A stretch of 62,803 nucleotides of DNA, the filler included, from Gonapodya sp. JEL0774 (Eukaryota), in assembly GCA_027604505.1 (NCBI GenBank). It is 21 parts of 21 records of this genome, joined end to end, with 100 filler letters (N's around TTAATTAATTAA, not from the genome) between each part and the next. Parts side by side here need not be neighbours in the genome. Positions count along the whole stretch, not along the records: positions 12,054 to 14,961 come from JADIIX010001594.1; positions 15,062 to 17,967 come from JADIIX010001595.1; positions 18,068 to 20,969 come from JADIIX010001596.1; positions 21,070 to 23,971 come from JADIIX010001597.1; 17 more parts are not named here. One strand, 5' to 3'. The notes under the pieces were generated by a model. It was not told where the DNA came from, ran no database searches, and was given only the letters and a program-made list of their open reading frames with translations. The position numbers were made by a program, and so were the translations under genes. Shown in pieces: positions 11,954 to 24,071 of this stretch; position 1 is the stretch's first letter; each line of letters starts with the position of its first letter.

Positions 11954-13048
11954 NNNNNNNNNNNNNNNNNNNNNNNNNNNNNNNNNNNNNNNNNNNNTTA
12001 ATTAATTAANNNNNNNNNNNNNNNNNNNNNNNNNNNNNNNNNNNNNNNNNNNNATTGGAAGAGGCACATGACATTCTTCAACGCAAGAGACCTCAGGTTC
12101 GTGTTAGTAGTTGGCCAGGAGTAAAACTGTTGCCACTATTGCTCAGGTGTTCGACAATCCATGGAAAGGTTTCCACCCACGTGCACCACATGCCCTCAGT
12201 TCGTACATTCTACCAAGATACCTTAAAAAGAGCAGAAATCGGAGAGATTCGACGATACCCATGGATTGACCAGGTGTAGCTTTTGAAATTGCAAAGGGGA
12301 GTACCTTTACGGTACGCTGAGGCAGGACTGTTTTGCTGAAAACCAGAATGATATGAAGTTGCGGACCCGCCCATTTTCTTTTTTTGGAGATTTACCGTGA
12401 CCAGTACGGCTTTTTGGAGGCGAATTTATCGAGCCTTTCTACTGTACGATTATCGACGTCTATCATTTGTACATATACTTACGTTGTGGTGGAAGAGAAC
12501 TAGATTTAGTGAAACGGGTCAGCGACGGGTGAAGTGCGTTCACTTGTCCCATAAAAAATGATGAGTATGGAATTGGAAGTGACGTGGAAAAGGGATCGGG
12601 GCGGGGTGTGCACGTCGGTGGTCATGTGATATTGGACCACTGGTCCTTCCGATTATCAGAAGAACCTTTTTGGATTCCTATAGTTCTTCCACGAACTCGC
12701 CAGAGCTAACCCAGGAGAAAATCATTTGAGCGCGAGGTGTGTGGTTATGGAGGGTGACCCTGGAGGCCTCGCGGGTTCGACACTTCTTGCACCTGATCAA
12801 GGGAAGCGAAAGAGCATCAATCCCGACACTCGCTACTGAGGATATCATAATTCTTACTATGTAGCATCAGCTCGGCCTACATCAGGTAGCAATCCATGCC
12901 GACTCCAAACAGCACGGTCATGAAGCTGTGACAAACCAATCAGTGACTCAGAAGAGCGGCGCCCTCTTTTCAGTTGCCCGAGCGGGAATATAAAAGGAAG
13001 CACAAAAAGCAATATTCTCATCAAACAAAAATATATTTTCTCAACCAA

Positions 13049-14879
13049 ATGACTGTTCCAGTATCGCCACCGGCCGAGCCGAACGAGTTCAAAGCCCACC
13101 TCGTTGGAGGTGGAATTGCTTCACTGGCATCGGCCCTCTATCTCATTGAGTACGGGGGATTTCAAGGCAAGAATGTGACAATCTATGAAGCAACTGACGT
13201 TATGGGTGAGGGCTCTTTACCTCAATTCTCAATCACTTTGGGGTCGAGTGTAATACCACATACCATTTCCCCACGCGTAGGCGGATCCATGGACGCTCAC
13301 GGCGATCCCAAAAAGGGGTATCTTATGCGCGGTGGACGTATGTTTGACAAAGGTAGGTGTTGTTTTGCTGAATATGAGGACTCGATTTCAAAAACCGATC
13401 GTTTGTGAACATCTTCATATGCGTGTCACGTATCCCGTTACTCCAGAGGTATATACCGCCCTTTACGACCTCCTTAGTCATGTTCCTTCAGCGAGAACTC
13501 CCGGCAAGACTTTGGCTTCCGACATTGCCGACTTCTCCGCTTTCAAACCCACGGATTCACACGCTCGACTGATTGAACCAGGTCCCATCAAGGACGACGC
13601 TTCGAAGCTTGGCCTCAACATTCGGGACAAGGCAGCATTTTCGGCGTTCTTACTTCTCCCTGAAAGTGGACTTGACGGCAAGAAGATCAACGAATATTTC
13701 ACGTCCGACTTCTTCACCTCCAACTTCTGGTTGATGATGCGTTCCACCTTTGCATTCCAGCCGTGGCACTCACTTACGGAGTTCCAAAGGTAAGAGCTAA
13801 AGCTCGAGTTCCATGGAACTGGCAAAAACTCATCCAATCCATGATTTCGGATGGCATCAGATACTGCCTCCGGTTCATACACGAAGTACCCAAACTCTAT
13901 AACCTGAGTGGTGTGTGGCGGTGAGTCTCACGATTTCAAGCGCTGTGGTGATGGGTTCGGGTAGAGACATGGCTGACCAGTCACACGAATAAATCACCCT
14001 CCCTTCATGATCATACTGTCAAATCCTTAGCACGCCGTGAGTTTCTGAAATCAAGCAGAGCATCTGAGTTTCGCTTTCTGTTGCTCACTGACTTTCACTC
14101 CATTCACCATTGGCAGCCTCAACCAATACGATTCCATCATCGCTCCACTCGAGACCTATCTCAAGTCGCGAGATGTCAATTTCACTTACAACGTCAGAAT
14201 CACCAACTTCGACTTTGAGATCAAGGAGAACGAGCGCTCCATCTACCGAATCTACTACGAGAGGAAGGGTGTTGCGGGAACGATTGACGTCGCGAGAACC
14301 GATCTCGTCTTCACTACGCTCGGTTCCCTGACAGCCGCTTCCATTATCGGGGATACTCAACATGCACCGAAACCGGCGATGCAAGCTGAAGTCGAGCAAG
14401 CTCCTGCATGGGCCCTGTGGAAGGAAATCGCTCGGAAGCAACCGGACTTTGGAAGACCAGAGGTGTTTTATGGGGATTACAAAGCTGCCATGTTTGAGTC
14501 GTTCAGTTTGACTTGGAACGACAACTCCAAGTTCTTTGATCGATACGTGAAGTGGAGTGAGAACGAGCCAGGCACGGGTGCGCTTGTCACATTCAAAAAA
14601 TCGGCGTGGGGTATGAGTCTCGTTGTTCCGCATCAGGCGAGTTTCAGTGCGAGCTTCGTTCTTTCACATATGCAAGCTAACCTACTTGCTTATCAACCTT
14701 CTCCCCAGCCCCATTTTGCGAACCAACCCGAGAACTGCCAAGTTGCATGGGCTTACGGTCTCTTCCCCGACGAGATCGGCGAGTTTGTCAAGAAGCCTAT
14801 GCGAGAATGCACGGGCGAGGAGCTTTTCTTTGAACTTTGCAGTCATCTCGGATTCGCGGATGAGTTTGAAGAGATGAAG
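13049..14879 (+). CDS. Oleate hydratase (MCRA family), at least 7 exons, 3'-partial
   Basis: VGGGIASLA FAD motif, GGSMD..GYLMRGGRM, FAFQPWHSLTEF, RTPLNQYDS and VPHQPHF. Inferred exons: 13049-13205, 13281-13352, 13447-13789, 13861-13920, 14031-14036, 14117-14636, 14709-14879. Confidence 0.92.
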
Positions 14880-15133
14880 GTCCGTTCTCTAGCTTTGCTG
14901 TTTCGGGTTTATGGTTGTTTCCTCAAGATCGAGCTTTCTTTCTCTTGCACATAATCATCAANNNNNNNNNNNNNNNNNNNNNNNNNNNNNNNNNNNNNNN
15001 NNNNNTTAATTAATTAANNNNNNNNNNNNNNNNNNNNNNNNNNNNNNNNNNNNNNNNNNNNCCACATTGGAAAATTTCCCCCCACTGGGGTTCGAACATG
15101 TGACCTCTCTGTCAGCAGTCCGGGCTCATAACC

Positions 15134-15197
15134 TGTTAGGCTATGGGGGCAAAACCTGTACAGGGGCAGAGTGCTGGATTCTCTTTTATCCTTAACA
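15134..15197 (-). repeat. Putative 64-bp LTR (TGTTAAGG...CCTAACA), followed by PBS GGTTATGAGCCC at 15122-15133
   Basis: TG..CA termini with inverted ends lie immediately 5' of a canonical fungal copia PBS on the minus strand. Confidence 0.6.
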
Positions 15198-15246
15198 CCC
15201 TGTTGCACTAGAGCCATCCGAAATGTCAAAACACCATATCTCAACA
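15198..15246 (-). repeat. First ~49 bp of a family-A LTR, interrupted by the 64-bp-LTR element
   Basis: Near-identical to 45177-45226 and to the reverse complement of about 16065-16114. Confidence 0.8.
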
Positions 15247-16000
15247 CCCTCTCCACCAGTCATTATCAAAAACAATTGCTCCATGTCTGTCCAGTCGAAC
15301 TGCTACCCACTTCTTCCCAGTGGGTTCTTTTGCAACCTGAGTTGGAGTCACAAAACTGGTGCTGAGCCAGTTCCAAATCTCCTTGACCGTCCCCTTCACC
15401 ACATCTCCCATTCTGTCGCTGAGAGCATTGTTGATTGTGAGGGTAACGGCTGCTGAGACCCTGTTGACCAGCTCCCTGTGCCAGTATTTGGTAACAGTAA
15501 CTGCCCGCCATTTACTGGCACGGGTCAGCATCTGCAGCTCATAGTCACGCTGAAGTTGCTGGAACGGGGTTTGGGATGTTTGTGTCATCGGCATTCACCC
15601 CTCCAGTCACGTGTTCTTTCAATCCAAACATCTTCACCGCCCTTTCCATCCTCCACTTCCACGCTCAATACTCTGAGTGTCCACGGTGCTCCGTGTACTT
15701 CTCTCCTACAACCTTGAGGAGGTCCATCGGTTTAAATTCCCTGGTCCCGGCGCCAGTTGAAATAGCTTGCAGCAGTGAAGGTAGGAGACTCTGAGATACT
15801 CTGCAGGTAGCAAATGGTCCACTGATTCCAATTTCAAGTGAACTAGAATTGTCCTGGGCTCATAACCTGTTCGAATCGTGGTTCTCTGTCTTATGCGCAA
15901 CCCAGTATATTACAGTCAGTGCCGCTCATCTATGATGAAAGGCTAATATAGTTTACCCACCAGATATACAGATAATGTATGCAGTGTCCATACACCAACA
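15247..16000 (-). mobile_element. Degenerate copia 5' end: ~133-bp LTR (15868-16000), PBS (15856-15867), gag remnant
   Basis: TGTTGG...CGAACA followed by GGTTATGAGCCC; the downstream frame 'EY*AWKWRMERAVKMFGLKEHVTG' resembles a copia gag N-terminus. Confidence 0.65.
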
Positions 16001-16064
16001 GGAATCAACTGAGTTGCAGCCAATTGTGATCCCCCCATTGACCCATCTGTCAGGACAGGATGGC

Positions 16065-17967
16065 GGTTGAGATATGAGTGTTTTGACATTTCAGATGGCT
16101 CTAGCGCAACAGGGAGTGGGAATTCGAGGATAATTAATGGAGCGAAATTACTTGCCGTATAAATTTTCCACAAGTTTGTCCTTTACAGTTTTGTTGTAGC
16201 ATTATTGGTTAGTGAGCAACACTAGGGAACGTGGATAACTTGGTGCACACAATTGGGGACTGTGCTATGGTCGTCGGATAAACTAGATTAAGCTTTTTCT
16301 GTACGACGTGTTGGAAAAGGTGAATTGTGACCGCTCAACAGGTTATAAGCCCGGCGCCCCAACGCGTCTAGGAGCATTTTGAGAAGCAGAAGAGAAGGAC
16401 ATTGTGGATCTGGGCAAAATTGGACAATGGCTCTTTCACTATTGAGTTCACACCACGTCCCCATACTCAAACTTATCTGACACCATCCATATCCCGTCTG
16501 ACGGCTTTAAAAAGGCTGTGGGCGTTCTTGAAGATGCCGCAAAGTTCGGAAAGTGGAAGAAACAGGCGGAAGTGGAGTTTCTGGCGTTGGAATTGTGGAT
16601 GGGACAGAAACCTGCCCAACGGAAACCGGCGACAAGAAAACGCTCTGGGAGCGTAAGCACCGTCTCATTCGTGCCGCAATTTTTGCGGTGGTCTCACCGG
16701 ACCTGGACGGACCGCTGGATCCATCAAAATCCGCTGCGGTCAACTGGCACGCGTTCAGAACAGCTTATGCACCACCTCTTGTTGGCGAACGTCACAGCAT
16801 CATGATACTGATACAATCTACACAACTCACAGGAACAGTTGTGGAGCTCGAACGTACCCTAGGCGACTTATTTGCCCGAGTCGTGGATCTTGACCCAGAA
16901 CATCCAGTTTCCGAAATGGACAAGATCCAGCACTTCCTCACCGCTTTGAAGTCCAAGTACCCCGTTGACGTGGCAATACAGTTTAGCAAGACAGATGCAA
17001 GATACCTTGAAGTGGTCCAGGCATTTTGAGCTGTGGAGGGACCAAAACAGGCAGAGGCACAAGCACAGATGGCAATGGCAGCAGCAGTGGCTGCGGCAAA
17101 CAACGTGAACACCACAGACAAAGTCTGCTATGAGTGTAGAAGGCCAGGGCACTCTGCGCGCGAGTGCAGGTCCCGTCGGTGTCACAACTGTGGCCAAATT
17201 GGTCATCTTCAGGCGGGATGTATGGCGGGTAGAGGGAGCGGAGCGCAGACCACGTTTGGAGGCAGGGAGGACCAGCAAGAGGGCGTGAGCGTGGTGGGCG
17301 TGGTGGACGTGGGGGGTTTGGTCGCGGTCGCGAAAGGGGAGCATCTAACCATGTTGAAAATGTGGACAATAGCGAGAATACATACATGAGTGACGAGTAC
17401 TTTATGCGCAGAAAATGGGGATCTGAGGGCTCAGAGAAGAACAAAAACGGGGACATTTCGAAATTTTAGGCCCGTGGGGTCAGAAGCCCGCCCCCCTGCT
17501 CCCCCCCACCAAAGACTCAGGGGGGTCCCTACCCTCCCTTTGTCTTTGGCGGGGGGGAGTGGGCATGAACATGCCCATGTGAATGTGGAGAGTTTGGAAA
17601 AGTCCAGGTCTTTGTGGCTGACACCACCCACAACTCCACCTGCAGCAAATTGGGGTGCAGGGGTGTCGAAGGGAGAATGCCTTAGTCTCCACAAGGGACC
17701 TTGCAAAGACCCCGTTGCAAGTGGCCAAGTGACAGATGAGTTGACAATGGAGATTGATCACGCAAAAACTTGTCTTGCAATTGCTGATGTCGATCATTTT
17801 GGACCCAGTGAAAAGGCTCACTGCTTCTTGGGTGCTAGTTCTCAGCACAAATTACTTATTCATTCAGCTGCAACTGATTGCATTACATCGTTAAGTGATG
17901 CTCTGGTGGATTTCTCTCCACAACCTGTCATGTTAGCTTTGGCTGCAAAAGGGGCCAACTCTTTGGC
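16065..17967 (+). mobile_element. Degenerate Ty1/copia element: family-A LTR 16065-16340, PBS 16341-16352, gag with two CCHC knuckles, protease remnant
   Basis: LTR ends CTCAACA then GGTTATAAGCCC; gag 'WKKQAEVEFLALELW/IVDGTE' with a frameshift; TGA at 17027; CYECRRPGHSAREC and CHNCGQIGHLQAGC; 'LIHSAATD' in place of DSGAT. Confidence 0.88.
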
Positions 17968-20900
17968 NNNNNNNNNNNNNNNNNNNNNNNNNNNNNNNNN
18001 NNNNNNNNNNNTTAATTAATTAANNNNNNNNNNNNNNNNNNNNNNNNNNNNNNNNNNNNNNNNNNNNCTTTTCTTTTGTCTCCATGAGGAGTTGTAAATA
18101 CTTAGTCAGGTTTCCTTCGCGCGTCAAATGCTCTGAAAGGGTCACAGCAACCCACGCCGCTGCCAGTGTGGCGCTGAGCGCTTCTGTCGTTCGTCAAGCG
18201 TGTTATAAGCCTTAGGTGTATGCAAATGAAGTCTCACTCAAGATATTAAGGCGTTGGGGGCGCCCAGATAGTGCAGTTTTAGCTTTCTGAAATTAAGGAT
18301 ACATGTTTTTCCGTTCAAGCCCATACAGTGGCTCTTGGGGGCATACCGAAATCTCGGTATCACATGTAGTCACACTATCGCGGAGGTCAGAATGTCCATC
18401 CCGTTCATCTTCCCAAAAGGCTGACGCACTAGCATCGCAGAACTCGGGTGGGCACGGCAGACAGAAGTCAATGGAGTGTTGCCAATTCTCGATAGATCTG
18501 TCAATGAAAAGGTCATTTCCTTTTTCAATCTGGCTCCGGATAGCGGCGTGCGTGACTCTGTAGTACACACTAGCTAGTGACTTATAGGCGAAGGTCATTG
18601 GGAACATTGATATCCGGTGGTCAAGCACAGGGAGATTATAGCGAGTGCCAAAAGAAAATATCTCGTGCTCATCTGTGGTGTCCTCTGGTGCTCTGAGATC
18701 GTGATCCATGGGCCAAATCGAACCGCGCGAGTGATGCAAAGACTGGTCGATAACTGCTAGACGTAAACGAGAAACCAGCGAAAGAGATATTTTATGCTTC
18801 AGAGAGCAATGACGCGCTCTCGACAAATTGTTTTGTCTTGAATCTCACATGGGGCCCACTGAAGCTGCCAACTGTTGCCGCTGGCCGTCAATGTTTCCTC
18901 CCCAATCCCCATCATCCACGATCTCCGTCTGTTTCCCTACAAATTCGGTTTTCCTTCGATTGATTCACATTTTTGCTGCTTTTTGCACCTGCCTTCATGA
19001 GCTAAACCACATCCCTATGTGATGTGGTCTATCTGAATTTCAAGCGAGTTTTGTGTGCCGGAGACTGCCGTACTGTACTGCGTCAGTACACGCGGCAGCG
19101 GGGTCAGTCATCAGGGAATGAAATGTGCATTTTCTCAAACTTGGACGCAGTCAAAGTGACGAGCATCCTCAGATTTTGCGCGTTTTGAAGATGTCTAATA
19201 GAGTTGTGACGTCACCCCTCTTAACACCTCTTATCCATACCAGCGCACACGTTCTTGAAGCACGCCAACGCAACACGCATATCAACGAGTATAGTTGGAT
19301 CTGGAGAACCCCTTTTTTGATCGTTTCATTCGCTCACTGCCTCGTTGTTACGTTCTTCCCGTTTTAGTTTGTGGTCACATGGGCATGGGTCGGTGTCACC
19401 CTTCGCCATTTTCAGCAAAGAGTACATCTCGAACTGTGAGTGGCGCTCTCGGAGTCCGTCCCTGCGTCTCCAATCTCCCGCCCCTTGCTTGTTTTCCTTT
19501 GGTCTCTCAATTGCTCGCTCGTTCTTCATTCTTTCCTGGAGTCGCCTTTTGTGTTCGTTTGACGTGAGGTCCAAGTAACCCCAGACCGTTCCGAGCAAAA
19601 CATTCAAACCGCTTGAGGGAACAGTAATTGGTGTCTACCTCTGTGTCCACTCCATGATCCTTATTCCTTCCCTCATCGATCGCTTGTTCCCCACTTGGTG
19701 GCTTTCCTCCAGTCTCTCGTTTGTTTGTTCAGTTCTGTCTTGAGGTTATTTTGTGTTCGTTCTCATGGCTGAGTTTGCTCGTCATCCCTCACCATGATTG
19801 ATCGCGAGTACAACGCTTTCTCAAGCTTGATTCTGAAACTTATATTTTGGAACCGCAGCGAGTGGCAATCCCGGGTCGATGATCCCTCGGCATCCAATAT
19901 CTCAATTCCCTGGAGTTTTCCTCGATCGCTGGTTTCATTCTCGTGTTTTCCATTTTGTGTTTGCTTTGGAGTGGATCGCCGTTACCCTTGCAGACCGTTC
20001 CGAGCAATGCAAGGCATGTCCTAAAAATTATGCGTGTGAATAACGAGTCGCCAGTCAATGTGTTTAATCGCACCATGATCCTGATCTTCCTCACCCCGTT
20101 TGTTACTTTCAGTATGCTGGGCTCTTTTCTTCCTCTAGTGGTGTTTTGTGTTGGTTTTGACTCGAGTTACCCGTCGCACAATGCCATTCCTAGTCATTCT
20201 AACATTGAACACCCAGGCCGGCATGTGAGAAAAGCCAGTGATTCGTCTCTGGTCCGCTTGGTGCCTGATCCATCCATCATCCATCTCCAGTGCCCCGAGC
20301 CCTCCTTGTTTCCTCGCTTGCTAGTTGCGACTTTCATGTTTTGTGGTCACGGCTTTGGCAGGACTGACAAGTCAATCTCACCCAGTACCAACAGTCATTA
20401 CGTTACGTTGAAAGAGTGTGGAAAAGGGACAACAGCGACTGCCCAGTCTCGAGTGTCCAGCCAACTTGACCCTCCCACCCCCCCCCCCCCCCCTGTTTCT
20501 ATTGGATATTCGCTAGCCGTTTTGTGTTCGTTTTGGCGGGAGCTCCACGTTGCTCTAGGCCATGGTGAGCAAACAGGGATCACGTCAAAATGAGCAACGC
20601 GTGCCTGAGCTGCAGTCTCCCTTGTCCATTCAACCCGTCTGCGGAGCGCGCGTCCCTGTAACCCTGTTCGTTCGTTTTTCCCTTGACCCAGACTTTGAGT
20701 TCTCGTGTCCTTCGCTCTTTTTGTCGTTGCCTCACCTCCTTCTGGTGTGTCATTTTGTGTTCGTTTTGGGCATACCTGTCAGCCGCACCATCACTCCAGG
20801 CCCACAGTGAGAAATCTGGAATTGTCCGACTAAGCACGTCATGATCACGTCAACAAGGGCAAGGTGTATCAGCTCTAAAGGGCTCACTACCCAGCTCCTC

Positions 20901-21069
20901 TGTCCTTTTGCTGTCTTTTTTTCTCCCTTCCAGGCTTCGAGCAAAAGGCCCTCGCGTCATTCGTTCGTTNNNNNNNNNNNNNNNNNNNNNNNNNNNNNNN
21001 NNNNNNNNNNNNNTTAATTAATTAANNNNNNNNNNNNNNNNNNNNNNNNNNNNNNNNNNNNNNNNNNNN

Positions 21070-22375
21070 AAAAACGGCCGTCATGCGAGGTTGAGTCTTA
21101 TAAAATCTTCATTTTGTTTACTCACGTTTCTTGCCGCCTCATACACTGCACTATTTATGTCCCCGATCCCCAAGAAAAACTCATAGGGTCGAATTTTGAT
21201 CAAGTTCTGAGACCAATTCCACACATCCGCTCTGTCGTCAACGACGGCGACCATACTTTGGTCAAAGGGAAAGAGCCGGAGGAGGGATTTCGCAGTGAAG
21301 CTACCACTTTCGTCACGGCTCAGAACACGTTCGCCGAAGAAGGAACCTGTTTGTTGTGGACTTACACTTGGTGGATTTTTGGCTTTGGGTAAGGTGGAGT
21401 GCTAGCGAGTACGAACCTTCTGGGTCGACCTTGCGGGCGATTTCATCGGCATAGGTGCGAGTTCCCATGGTGTAAACGTGAAGTTCGTACAGCTTTGAAA
21501 CACGTCGGAGGAACTCCTGCAAGTGAGGGCTATTGTAGCCACACGAGGATTATAGGATCAATAAAACAAGTCAGTCGCGAAAGCAAGACAGCAAAACTGA
21601 CCGCATCTTCACATAATACACTGCCGGATGGTCGGGAAGTACGAATCGATGGACTCCTTGGAGCACGGGGTAATTAGGATTGGTCGGATCCTCCATCCAT
21701 TCACCCACAGTGGGGTCGACGGTCGCGTGTATAATCGTCTGGTCTAAATCCAGTACGAGAGACAATTTACGTGACCGGAGCAGCCTCTCCGTGGTCTCCT
21801 TCTCCAGCCTCATAGCTTCTGATTTGGTAACTTTCAGTGCAGCGTTGTTGTGGTCCACGGATATTGTCGCTTCCGGTGGATCAGCATCGTCCGCATTTTT
21901 GAAGACAGATGATCTTTTTTCTCGAATAGAGGGTACATCAGGTGAAGCGAGTGTGTTACAAGTGGGCGAATGCTCACAGTTCTTTCCCACAAACACCGCA
22001 CATTCCGAACACGGAGATGGGATGCCCGCACGGTTGAACGATGACAGCAAGACTGCGTCTTTTCGAATTAAGACATGAGTTCCGATTTTCATTCCTCGCA
22101 CGATGCAGAGACAAGAACAGAGTCTCCATCAGTTCAACCTACTTCACGTTCCTGATTGTCTCTCCTTCAAACACACCAATTTCATCAAACGTTCCCGCAC
22201 ATGGTGCGACGTATTCTTCCCTTTCCTCATCTTCCCCTTCGGTACCAGTGGTCGAATAACGGTAGACGAATAGCGGCGTGGACTTTTTGACCTCCTGCCC
22301 CGCGCGGGCAAGAATCCGGACAACTTTTGCGGGAACATGCCCTGCTGGAAGAAACAAGTCTCTTCGAGTTTCCAT
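21070..22375 (-). CDS. FCP1: RNA polymerase II CTD phosphatase Fcp1, spliced, 3'-partial
   Basis: KLSLVLDLDQTIIHAT (DxDxT motif), YELHVYTMGTRTYA, RVLSRDESG, VVDDRADVW and an N-terminal CAVxG motif. Confidence 0.93.
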
Positions 22376-24071
22376 CCTTGATATGGGATGTCGGATTGGA
22401 TTCAGGCGAGTTCTGAGACAACTATTTGGGAATAGTGCACGGGCCACGAGTTACGACGACAAACGCGAAGACTGCAAATATAACCACCCATTCGATACCG
22501 ATTTGTGGCTTCCTCCAGTTCTCACCCCGCCTGCCATTATTTCTGCTGATGCACTGAGTGAGCTGCAAATTCAGCTCTTACGAATTCCTGTAAAACACGT
22601 TCAATATCCACATGGGGCGCCATAATCTCTTCAGAAGCTCGTCTTTGTAACAGAGGTTGTATAGGTCCAGCGTTTCTACTAGTAGAAGACCAAAAAGGCA
22701 AGAAATTAAGCGCCGCCACCGTTTTTGGTAATCGCAGTAGCTCGAGTATGACCGGTGACGGGTTTCCGATGTGCAAGTATCACGTGGCTGTGGTATGCGG
22801 TGTGACTGAGGATTCTTAATGTTTTGTCGTTTTCGGGTTCGACCCTCAATCTCCGCCGCCTCTCCGAAAGAGACCACACCAGTCAAAATTACTTTTGAAA
22901 GTCGGTGAGGCGAGAGCATCTTGGAGAGCAAAGAATGGCATCGAGAAACTACGTGGAGGTGGAAAAGTACACTGTGCGAACTGCTGTGGCTTCGTTCGGT
23001 GGATTTGCAAGTTTAACTCAGGCAAACTGTGCTTCGAATCGATAGGAGGCAACGCTGGTGCTGCCGGACTGGACAACATCCGAGGTGAGCGAGCAAACGA
23101 CCATTTGGAGGAGGGGTTGATATACTCTGGGGGGACATGAGGACTGATCCTCCTCTTCCCGTGCCGGGGAAACCTATGGGGCTATCGAACTCAGGAATCA
23201 AGTGTGATGCGGAAAGTGGATTGGAGACTCATTCCCTGGCTTACACTGTGCTATACAGCGTTAAATGTGGGTGCGGCTTCTTGTATATTTTACATTGATG
23301 TCAGTGGCAAAAAGCCCATTGGTCTCAATCTGCTTCTTCATGACGGTATCGCCGCTGGCTGGCTGTAATCTATGCACTGCAGATTGATAGAGGCAACATC
23401 AGTGCTGGTGAGGACGGTTTGAGCTCGTCATAAGCTGAAGGCCGATGATCCATGGATGCAATTTGTCACAGCCGCCATCATGAACGCTGAATCCCCGAAG
23501 GACAACATGATCTTCCAACTCGGAATGGTGAACGACGAGTTCAACTGGGCAATATCCGCCTTCTTTTGTGAGCTTGGTCAACTGAATTAACGCCACACCA
23601 GTGGTTGTCTAACCCTTCTTTGACAATCACTCGCAACAGTCGGATACGTTTTATTTGAGATTCCCAGCGTGAGTGTATGCTAGGTATTGCCCGAACATCT
23701 GTTGTTTCAATATCTATTCTTCGACTGCACAGAATCTTGTCATCACCAGGTTCAACCCCTCCCGATGGTAAGCGCCGTCCCGTTTGGACAAAAGACAAAC
23801 GGATAAGAGAGAAACTGAATAAGACATCATCACTTGAAGGATTTCCCGCATTCTAACGTCTTGGGGAATCGCTGCGGTGAGTACAGTCTGCCTAAGATGT
23901 TCCCGATTTCTGTTCATGTGTTGACATATAACGCAGGCATGCATGGGTGCAGTTCAAAACAAGGAGGGCCTNNNNNNNNNNNNNNNNNNNNNNNNNNNNN
24001 NNNNNNNNNNNNNNNTTAATTAATTAANNNNNNNNNNNNNNNNNNNNNNNNNNNNNNNNNNNNNNNNNNNN

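Noticed and set aside
15201..15246. 46-47 bp TGTTG...CAACA unit (also at 45180-45226) as a tiny MITE
   Set aside because: Comparison with 16065-16340 and 45013-45226 shows it is the start of a longer LTR that contains an internal CAACA.
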